DNA of 64,000 bases from an uncultured Thermoplasmatales archaeon (GTDB lineage: Archaea > Thermoplasmatota > Penumbrarchaeia > Penumbrarchaeales > Penumbrarchaeaceae): positions 35,577 through 99,576 of the forward strand of contig CAWEDU010000009.1 of NCBI GenBank assembly GCA_963807965.1, in the 5' to 3' direction. The notes beneath the pieces were generated by a model. It saw only the letters and a list, made by a program, of their open reading frames with translations, was not told the origin of the DNA and ran no database searches. Positions 54,540 to 62,367 of the stretch are shown in pieces (the first letter of the stretch is position 1; every line of letters begins with the position of its first letter). Position numbers and translations under genes: made by a program.

Positions 54540-56535
54540 TTACCAGAAGACGAAGCTCCCGTATACGAGAAGATGTCCGATGAGGAAACCAAGGATGGCC
54601 CCTCCGTTCAATGGAGGCAGACCGGCATGAGCGCTTCCTTTCAATACCCATCTGATGAGAATTGCATAACCGAGAAGCATTCCCAACATGGTAAAGAGAG
54701 CTACAGAAAGTGGTCCCGATAGACCAAGCAGTCCATCAGCTTTTGGAAGCCAGGCAAAGGAAGATATCACCAGGATTCCCGGGATGATAACATCTCCAAG
54801 TCCCATGAACAGTGATTCCCGTTTTCTCTTTGGATCCATCAGGTTGGTCTCATCCTCGTATCTGTAATCAAGACGCATCGGAAATACCAAGAGAATTGGC
54901 ATTTTGGATTCCACCACCGAATCTGCAAGCGAGATCATGTGTTTTGTCTTGTAAACGGAAATGGCATCATATACTGCGAGAAGCACCATGAGAAGGAGTG
55001 TGAATAATATTGGGAAAGAGGTCCCCATCATCGCTACTACACCAGCTCCCATCAGGATCCCGGAAAGATCGATTATCCACCATTTTGGGATCTTCAGGAG
55101 GAGAACCATCATACCAACAGCTATCAGGAATGCTGTTACCTGAACCCATATCTGCATTCTCTCGGTACTCGTCGAATTGTCCTATTAGAATAGCTCCATC
55201 GAAAAACAGATAGATATCGCCATCAGGACCATCCTGGAAAACACTCAAAGGTTCTTCAGTGAAAGAGTAGTCTTTCTCAGAATCCTTTGTCCGAACACCA
55301 ATATCCTTACCTGATATGAAGATGAACCTGTATTCAAGGATCCGTCGATCTTCACCCTGGACGATCTGATCATATGAAGCCATATAACCATTCTCGAGAT
55401 CCCCTGTATGGAAACCTCTCAAAACATGGGATGAACTATTAACTGGTCCAATAAAAATGGATACCAATACGTTATCTTTAGTTGGATATTCATCTCCAAC
55501 TTCAAGGAATGGATCCGGTGACCAGAAAAGGGTATTATCACCCTGAACCATACACCAGGTGAAGTTAAAGGTACCTGTTCCACCCCCGAATCTTCTTAGG
55601 ATCATTCCATTTTTAAGTTCAAAAACAATTGAGTCTATGGAATTATTTGAAGTATATCTCACTCTCTTGTCAGACCATCCGAAAACAGGATAGAAGGGTC
55701 CTTCATTAAGACCGATGTTTTCTATCCACGATCCAGGACCATCGCTTCCAGGTTCGAATGCGAGAAGTGACCAGTTACCGTCATCAGCTTCCCAGAATGA
55801 TATCAGATAATGTGTCTCGTTCGGATATGCCATTGAAACACCTAGGAGCTCATATGATCCATCGATCGTTCCAACGAGTCCACTGTCCACAAACCTTCCG
55901 TCACTGTTAACTGTCCAGTAAGGGTGATTCCCTTTTTCTGATCCAGTAAGAACCCACAGATCATTGCTGTAACTTGGATCGAATGTGCTCTCTAGATCCT
56001 CGGTTTTCCATATTTCATCATATTCATACTTATTCTTTTCAAGGACATGGAATGACGAATCTGTGACAACGATGATTCCCTTTCCGGGATCGTCCGGATC
56101 AAGGGGAAGAACTCCTCGAATACCATCGATATCCAATTCATACTCGTCCCAGACCTCCGGAAATCCGTTGGCGACAATATCCACCAAAGGAGTGAGAATG
56201 TAAAGTGAGGAAAGAAGGACCGCTGCTGCAAAGAGATACTTCAGCTTGAACCGTCTCCTTTTCAACAATTTTCTAAGGACCAGAATAAATACCGCGAATC
56301 CGATCACAAATCCTAGGAAAACGAAAGCATAGAGAGGATTATCCGCATATCTGCTCATCTCAGAAGTAATCCCAAGTGCATCAAAATAAGGACCTATCCA
56401 AAGGGCCAATAGTAGTGTGACGACAATAAGGATCACCATCATGGAGATAGGCATGACAGCTTTGATGGGAGTGAATGATGAAATCTCCTTCTCCATTTCA
56501 GAAGGACCTTCATCCTCCCCCTGGTTTTCTTTCAT
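54540..56535 (-). CDS. Presenilin/signal-peptide-peptidase-family (GxGD) intramembrane aspartyl protease with a large inserted soluble domain; frameshift near 55160
   Basis: LAVYDAISVY.T.HM, MGLGD...PG, AGLP.LN in the 3' ORF; three PSH-like TMs with the NP motif in the 5' ORF. Confidence 0.85.
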
Positions 56536-56554
56536 GGGACCAATCCTTTGAATC

Positions 56555-57037
56555 TTACTGTTTATACCCTATCTTTCTGAGGAAGTCTCTTCTCCATTCC
56601 TGATCCAGGGGTCCCTCGATGCCGTTAGGCTTGCTTCCATCTATAACACCAATTATTCCCCTTCCCCTCTCATTTTCCACTATTAGGACATCTGTAGGAT
56701 TTGCAGTGGCACAGAATATCCTGCAGACTTCCGGCACTGATTTGATCCTCTGTAGGACATTGATAGGGAAACCATTCTTCATGAAAACAATGAACGAGTG
56801 ACCAGCCCCTATATTGCTTGCATTCCTCTTTGCAAGTTCGATCATTCCTTCATCGTTCCCGGTCCATCTTACCAGGCACTTCATGGAAGCCTCGCAGAAG
56901 GCGATCCCGAACTTGAGTTCCGGATTCGTGTTCACCATTGCCTCATAGACATCCTCAACAGTTTTGATGAAATGGGACTGCCCTAAAATGAAGTTGATAT
57001 CGTCAGGTTTCTCCACGGCGATACTTTGGATTTCCAT
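56555..57037 (-). CDS. Adenosine-specific kinase family protein (DUF355)
   Basis: N.ILGQSHFIKTVED, FG.AFCEAS, IGAGHSF, IFCATANP, GRGI.GVIDG, LR.IGYK. Confidence 0.88.
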   Translation of the reverse strand: MEIQSIAVEKPDDINFILGQSHFIKTVEDVYEAMVNTNPELKFGIAFCEASMKCLVRWTGNDEGMIELAKRNASNIGAGHSFIVFMKNGFPINVLQRIKSVPEVCRIFCATANPTDVLIVENERGRGIIGVIDGSKPNGIEGPLDQEWRRDFLRKIGYKQ

Positions 57038-57072
57038 TACCTCACCTTCCACTTGAAGCCTATGCTCGATAG

Positions 57073-58347
57073 TTAAGGTTTCTGTGTCTCCTTGTTCCTG
57101 ATATCTTCGAGTATGTCAATGGCAGAAGATGCGGTGATCGTTCCTGTTCCGATCATTCTTAGAACCACCTGTTCGGTCTCCTCATTCCCGGCACCGGCCT
57201 GGATCGCCAGGTTCCTGGCATGGAGCTTCATATGGCCTTTCTGGATCCCTTCCTGGGATAGAGCCCGAAGAGCAGCCAGATTCTGTGCAAGTCCTACAGC
57301 TGCAAGTACTTCTCCCAGTTCCGAGGCTGTTCTAATTCCCATAACCTTGATCGCAGCCTGAGCAGCAGGATGGACCCTGGTTGCTCCACCAACCAGTCCA
57401 ATGGGGACAGGGATCTCGATCTTACCAACGAGATTGCCATTCTCATCCCTGGAATAATCTGTCACAGGTCCATAGGTCCTGCCAAAGGAGGCATATGCAT
57501 GTACTCCCGCTTCAACTGCTCTTGTATCATTCCCTGTAACCCTTACAACAGAAGAAACGCCATTCATGACACCCTTGTTATGCGTCGCCGCCCTGAACGG
57601 GTCCACATTTGCCATGGACTGGGCCCATAGGATCAGTTCGACACCATCATCCCCTCCAAGGTCCTTTTTCAAAAATACGGCACTGGCTTTGGCAAGCCTG
57701 TGGACTGCCAGATTGGAGATTATTCTTAGCACAACAGTTCCACCTGTCAGCCTCTCTACTTCAGGTGCAACAGCTTCAGCCATCGTATTGACTGCATTTG
57801 CTCCCATTGCATCCCTGCAGTCGACTAGTAGATGGAGTATGATCATTGGTCCCATTTCACTGTCAAGTCGGCGGATCTCGATATCCCTGCATCCCCCCCC
57901 TAGCCTGATCAGCATAGGATCCTTTGAGTTGGCCATATCAATGAGGTCCCCTTTTGCTACCTCTAGAACATTTATCGCTCGATCAGGTTCATTTACGTTC
58001 ACAAGCTGGACCTGACCTATCATTACAGGATCAGTGGTTGAACAGGTGAAACCCCCCGTTTCCCTGGCAATTTTGGCGGCTTTTGATGCGGCAGCTACAA
58101 CTGATGGTTCCTCAATTGCCATTGGGACAAGCCTTTCGATACCATTGATCATGAAATTCGTCGCTATACCCACGGGAAGCTCGAATACACCTACAACATT
58201 CTCGATCATACCATCCAGTAAAGACATGTTCGAGGATCCTCTAACAAAACCTTCAAGGTCATCGGAAGATAATCCTGAAGATTTGGCTATTTGGTCTATT
58301 CTATCCTTCAAACTCAATTTGTACAATCCAGGTATATCCGAATTCAT
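57073..58347 (-). CDS. mvaA: Hydroxymethylglutaryl-CoA reductase, class II (bacterial type)
   Basis: IENV.G, EEPSVVAA, DAMGAN.VN, R.ISN, RAATHNKG.MNG, GNDTRA.EA, GIQKGHMKLH. Confidence 0.93.
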   Translation of the reverse strand: MNSDIPGLYKLSLKDRIDQIAKSSGLSSDDLEGFVRGSSNMSLLDGMIENVVGVFELPVGIATNFMINGIERLVPMAIEEPSVVAAASKAAKIARETGGFTCSTTDPVMIGQVQLVNVNEPDRAINVLEVAKGDLIDMANSKDPMLIRLGGGCRDIEIRRLDSEMGPMIILHLLVDCRDAMGANAVNTMAEAVAPEVERLTGGTVVLRIISNLAVHRLAKASAVFLKKDLGGDDGVELILWAQSMANVDPFRAATHNKGVMNGVSSVVRVTGNDTRAVEAGVHAYASFGRTYGPVTDYSRDENGNLVGKIEIPVPIGLVGGATRVHPAAQAAIKVMGIRTASELGEVLAAVGLAQNLAALRALSQEGIQKGHMKLHARNLAIQAGAGNEETEQVVLRMIGTGTITASSAIDILEDIRNKETQKP

Positions 58348-58363
58348 AAGATCACCGGTCTGT

Positions 58364-58801
58364 TCAGTGTGGCTCCACTATCGCTTTCTTGAGCTTTAAA
58401 TCCCTGGGACAATCAACAATCGCCCCAATCTCCTTGATCGCCACCTTCTTCCCTTTCAGTCCGGAAGGTATAGTACATAGGATATGATTTTGGCACCACT
58501 TCCTTGGACAATCCGGTTGATCAAGCACAATAAGTGCCGCTTCAAGAGCCTTTCTACTCGGGATCGACACTTCAATGGGAAGTTCCTCAACCTCAATGAC
58601 CCTAACCAAATCTCCGTCATGGACCTGACAAGCATGTTCCACATCACGCACAGATACAACCCTGTATTTTCTTCCAGGTGTTAATTTATGACAGACCGCT
58701 TTTAATCCGCAATCCATGCACTCATCTGCTGGACCAGTATATCTGAATTCAACACCTTCCTTTGCAAGTGTTCTACCGGCCAAAGTTATTATTCCCATCA
58801 T
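58364..58801 (-). CDS. UPF0179-family protein
   Basis: ITL.G..LA..G.EF.Y.G....C..C.....C..L..G..Y....VR...H.C..H. Confidence 0.85.
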   Translation of the reverse strand: MMGIITLAGRTLAKEGVEFRYTGPADECMDCGLKAVCHKLTPGRKYRVVSVRDVEHACQVHDGDLVRVIEVEELPIEVSIPSRKALEAALIVLDQPDCPRKWCQNHILCTIPSGLKGKKVAIKEIGAIVDCPRDLKLKKAIVEPH

Positions 58802-58888
58802 TCATCAAACCGCCACCAGACATCACCGATATATTTATCTTTGTAGTTGGATTCTTGCATTATTAGCATAGGAGAGAATCACCGGCCC

Positions 58889-59034
58889 TTTAAATAGAAA
58901 GGGATATAAATAAGAACCATTATCGGGAGGAACCTGAAGCCAAAGCCAGATATCATCTGGCAGCCGCAATATCTCAATTTGCGGGCCGGTTCAACGCATC
59001 CCTGCGATGACTGGCTGCTTCTGGAGGGATTAAC
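58889..59034 (+). promoter_or_regulatory. Putative promoter and structured 5' leader of the rps13 operon
   Basis: TTTAAATA and TATAAATA boxes at about 58889-58911, several inverted repeats, GGAGG before the TTG start. Confidence 0.5.
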
Positions 59035-59538
59035 TTGGCCGAAAAGAAAAAGGGCAAAGGTCAGAACAAGGATCAGGACAAAGAACATGGTCCCGATTTC
59101 AAGTTCATTGTTCGTATGGCAGGTACAGATATTAACGGAGAGAGGAGGATCCTCGAAGGTCTCACATCCGTTACAGGTATCAACTACAGGATATCACATA
59201 TCTTGACCAAGGAGCTTGGTGTCCCAAAGGACCAGCTCATGGGGGACCTCTCCGATGATGAGGTTAAAAAACTGGTAGAGCTTATCGATGATATTCCTAC
59301 CCTTCTCCCATCTTGGCTCCTTAACAGGCAGAGGGATTTGGAAACCGGTGAGGACACACATGCCATAGCATCGGAACTCTCCATGGCTGAGAAGGAAGAT
59401 ATCAACCTTCTGAGGAAGATAAGGAGCTATCGCGGAATAAGACATGAAACTGGCCAAAAGGTCAGGGGACAGAGGTCCAGGTCCAACGGAAGGACCGGAG
59501 CTACAGTCGGCGTGTCCAGGAAGAAGGCGATGAAGTAA
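59035..59538 (+). CDS. rps13: 30S ribosomal protein uS13
   Basis: F.FIVR.AG.DI.G, P.WLLNR..D.ETG, IRSYRGIRH..G.KVRGQR; TTG start. Confidence 0.96.
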   Translation: MAEKKKGKGQNKDQDKEHGPDFKFIVRMAGTDINGERRILEGLTSVTGINYRISHILTKELGVPKDQLMGDLSDDEVKKLVELIDDIPTLLPSWLLNRQRDLETGEDTHAIASELSMAEKEDINLLRKIRSYRGIRHETGQKVRGQRSRSNGRTGATVGVSRKKAMK

Positions 59539-59550
59539 GGAGGTGTTAAG

Positions 59551-60162
59551 ATGGGAGATCCAAGGAAATTAAGGAAAAGATATGATACACCTTCACACCC
59601 CTGGCAAGGAGAGAGGATCAAGGAGGAGAAGGAACTGATGATCAAGTTCGGTCTGAAGAATAAAAAGGAGGTCTGGAAGGCACAGTCATATCTAAGAGAC
59701 CTAAGAGGCCAGGCCAGGACACTGCAGGCTCACATAAGGACCGAAAATAAACAAGCTATCAAGGAAGCCGATCTTCTCTTGAAAAGATGCTACAAGTTAG
59801 GCATACTCAATGAGGGAGCACCCCTACAGGATGTTCTTGCGATCGAGATCGAGACCGTTCTTTCAAGAAGACTTCAGACCCTTGTTTATACAAAGGGCTT
59901 GGCATCGACTCCAAAACAGGCAAGACAGTTAATATCACATGGTCATATCATATTGAGGGATAGGAGAACGACAATTCCTGGAATGTTGGTTCCCAAATTT
60001 GAAGAGAGGACACTAAGTTATGATGAATCCTCGCCATTTGCTTTCGAGGAACATCCCATGAGACCAAAATCTTCCATCCAGTCCGATGGGGCCGAAGATG
60101 TTTCACAGGTTCCCGAGAAGATCAGTATCGAAGCACCTTCATCCGATGGAGGTGACAACTGA
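59551..60162 (+). CDS. rps4: 30S ribosomal protein uS4
   Basis: MGDPRK.RK.YDTP.HPW, GLKNKKE.W, RRLQT.V..KGLA....ARQLI.HGHI. Confidence 0.96.
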   Translation: MGDPRKLRKRYDTPSHPWQGERIKEEKELMIKFGLKNKKEVWKAQSYLRDLRGQARTLQAHIRTENKQAIKEADLLLKRCYKLGILNEGAPLQDVLAIEIETVLSRRLQTLVYTKGLASTPKQARQLISHGHIILRDRRTTIPGMLVPKFEERTLSYDESSPFAFEEHPMRPKSSIQSDGAEDVSQVPEKISIEAPSSDGGDN

Positions 60163-60548
60163 TGTCCGAGAAATGGGGAGTTTGTCATATCTATGCATCC
60201 TACAATAATATCCTGATCACACTGACCGACCTGACCGGAGCGGAGACTATTGCAAAGGCCACGGGCGGTATGGTCGTAAAGGCAGCGAAGGATGAAGCGT
60301 CACCCTTTGCAGCAATGAGGGCAGGAGAGGCCATAGCGGACAAGGCAAAGGAAAAGGGAATAACCAATATCCACATAAAGGTCCGAGCCCCGGGAGGGAA
60401 CGGACCCTCCTCACCGGGACCTGGTGCCCAGGGAGTTATAAGGTCCTTATCAAGGGCAGGTTTGAGGATAGGCAGGATAGAGGATGTTACCCCAATTCCA
60501 CACGATGGGACAAAACCCAAGGGTGGAAAGAGGGGAAGAAGGGTCTGA
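60162..60548 (+). CDS. rps11: 30S ribosomal protein uS11
   Basis: [37 protein letters not shown]. Confidence 0.97.
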   Translation: MSEKWGVCHIYASYNNILITLTDLTGAETIAKATGGMVVKAAKDEASPFAAMRAGEAIADKAKEKGITNIHIKVRAPGGNGPSSPGPGAQGVIRSLSRAGLRIGRIEDVTPIPHDGTKPKGGKRGRRV

Positions 60549-60563
60549 ACCAGAGGTGTGAGG

Positions 60564-61433
60564 ATGAAGCTTGAGGTAAGGGAACTCACCGATACGAAAT
60601 GCTCGTTCGTTGTGGATCAGGTAAGACCCGATGTGGTAAACACAATCAGGAGGAGCCTCGTATCCGAGGTTCCAAAAATGGCAATAGATGAAGTGGAGTT
60701 CCATATGGGCCCCATCAGAGATGAAGAGGGAAATGAGTATGATTCCAATTCTGCTCTCTTTGATGAGATGATAGCCCATAGGCTTAGCATGGTACCCATT
60801 CCTACCGATCTTGAGAATTATACCTTCAGGGACCAATGTGAATGCGGCGGTTCCGGCTGCCCTCATTGTACCATTATCTATGTAATGAACAAGAAGGGAC
60901 CTTGCACAGTTTACTCTGGAGACCTTCAACCTCTTGGTGATATGAGCCTGAGGATCAAGGAGGAACTCATCCCTATAGTCAAACTCAAAGAGAAACAGGC
61001 CCTGCTCATATATGCAACTGCTGTGATGGGTAAGGGAAAGACCCATGCAAAATGGCAGCCAGTTACGATCTGTGGGTATATGAACTATCCAAAGCTAGTG
61101 GTCAATAATGATGTCAAGATCGATGATCCCGAGGCTGTCATCAAGGTTTTCCCCGAAGGGGTCCTTGTGATCGAAAAGGGGAAGATCGTTGTTAAGGACC
61201 TTAAGCCCCTTGAAGATAAGGACCCGTCCTATTACGAATCCCCCATTCTGGATGCTCTCGACGGATCTGAGAAGAAGATCATCGAGATCTCTCATGAAGA
61301 TAATAAATTCGTGTTCAACTTCGAGACCGATGGTTCAATCACCTCCAAGGATGCACTTAGTCATGCACTGAACTATCTCTCTGATTTCTACGAAGAACTA
61401 AGAGAGGAGATCTCAGGACTTGATGAAGCTTAA
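60564..61433 (+). CDS. rpoD: DNA-directed RNA polymerase subunit D (Rpo3)
   Basis: N..RR....EVP.MAID.V, S.LFDE.IAHRL...PI, GP.TVYSGDL, G.G..HAKW, F..ETDG. Confidence 0.95.
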   Translation: MKLEVRELTDTKCSFVVDQVRPDVVNTIRRSLVSEVPKMAIDEVEFHMGPIRDEEGNEYDSNSALFDEMIAHRLSMVPIPTDLENYTFRDQCECGGSGCPHCTIIYVMNKKGPCTVYSGDLQPLGDMSLRIKEELIPIVKLKEKQALLIYATAVMGKGKTHAKWQPVTICGYMNYPKLVVNNDVKIDDPEAVIKVFPEGVLVIEKGKIVVKDLKPLEDKDPSYYESPILDALDGSEKKIIEISHEDNKFVFNFETDGSITSKDALSHALNYLSDFYEELREEISGLDEA

Positions 61434-61494
61434 ATATTCAATGGACTCTCTGCAGACCGAGGTATCTTACCTTCGGTTCATATTCATACGCTCT

Positions 61495-61733
61495 GAACCC
61501 CGACAGCCTCAAGTCGTGACCACTAAAACATTGCGAGGGGAGCTCAGAACCCTTTGACCATGGGTCAAAGCGTTCACGGAAAGGGCACCTTCGGTAGCCC
61601 AACTTGGTCATATCCGGGAACAAGTTCCCGGGCCGTTGACCAATCTGTGGCGGTCACTTCACGATCACACGCATCCGCCCCGAACCCGACAGCCTCAAGT
61701 CGTGACCACCATAACATTGCGAGGGTAGCTCAG
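61495..61733 (+). repeat. Direct repeat of the tRNA leader plus the first 15 nt of tRNA-Leu (copies at 61495-61547 and 61682-61733)
   Basis: GAACCCCGACAGCCTCAAGTCGTGACCACTAAAACATTGCGAGGGGAGCTCAG versus GAACCCGACAGCCTCAAGTCGTGACCACCATAACATTGCGAGGGTAGCTCAG (4 differences). Confidence 0.92.
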
Positions 61734-61805
61734 CTTGGTCAACGGCGCTAGATTGAGGGTCTAGTCCTTAGTGGTTCCTGTGTTCAAATCACAGCCCTCG
61801 CACCA
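61719..61805 (+). tRNA. tRNA-Leu(GAG), intronless, with encoded CCA
   Basis: Acceptor GCGAGGG/CCCTCGC followed by A-CCA; anticodon arm CTAGA-TTGAGGG-TCTAG; long variable region; T-arm CTGTG-TTCAAAT-CACAG. Confidence 0.95.
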
Positions 61806-62302
61806 TTTTCTTCTCGTTAATATTAAATTGATACAGAAAATGGTGCTCTAAAACGCTGACACTCGATGAAAAATGATGATAGGCGATACAACCGTTTTTC
61901 ATCTTAACCTTAGAACTTAGATTGACGTCATATTTACTACAGTTCTAAGGTCACAGCCCTCGCACTATAATTTCAAAGATTTTACGTGTAATATTAAATT
62001 GATACGAAAAAATGGTGCTCTAAAACGTTGACACTCGATGAAAAATGATGAGTACGGAGATTACAGACCGTTTTTCATCTTAACCTTAGAACTTAGATTG
62101 ACGTCATATCCAATACAGTTCTAAGGTCACAGCCCTCGCACCATTTTCTTCTCGTTAATACTTAAATTGATACAGAAAAATGGTGCTCTAAAACGCTGAC
62201 ACTCGATGAAAAATGATGATAGGAGATACAGACCGTTTTTCATCTTAACCTTAGAACTTAGATTAACGTCATATTTACTACAGTTCTAAGGTCACAGCCC
62301 TC
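61789..62302 (+). repeat. tRNA-linked tandem repeat: three units (start 61789, 61951, 62127; 162/176/165 bp) plus a partial fourth start at 62292
   Basis: Each unit begins TCACAGCCCTCGCAC (tRNA 3' end) and shares AAAATGGTGCTCTAAAACG.TGACACTCGATGAAAAATGATGA...CCGTTTTTCATCTTAACCTTAGAACTTAGATT.ACGTCATAT...TACAGTTCTAAGG. Confidence 0.95.
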
Positions 62303-62367
62303 TTCTATGATTGAAATTATTCGAGCTGATTATTCACTGGACTACAGCCCTCTAATCATCTTTGTTT

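Noticed and set aside
61533..61681. Second tRNA gene or split-tRNA half
   Set aside because: Only 15 nt match, position 8 is G instead of T, and I see no anticodon arm, T-arm or bulge-helix-bulge partner.
61438..61751. Short ORFs 61438-61623 (-) and 61554-61751 (+)
   Set aside because: No recognisable motif or SD; they overlap the hairpin region and the tRNA.
61855..61900. C/D box sRNA (CTGA...ATGATGA in the repeat unit; also TGATGA..CTGA at about 51314-51328)
   Set aside because: The boxes lack the C-guide-D'-C'-guide-D spacing, and there is no convincing flanking stem.
61789..62302. CRISPR array interpretation of the repeats
   Set aside because: Units are near-identical over their whole 162-176 bp, there are no unique spacers between short repeats, and no cas genes are in the window.
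61719..62302. attL/attR of an integrated virus or plasmid
   Set aside because: The tRNA 3' copies are only about 165 bp apart with the same intervening sequence, and no integrase is present. An element extending beyond the window cannot be excluded.
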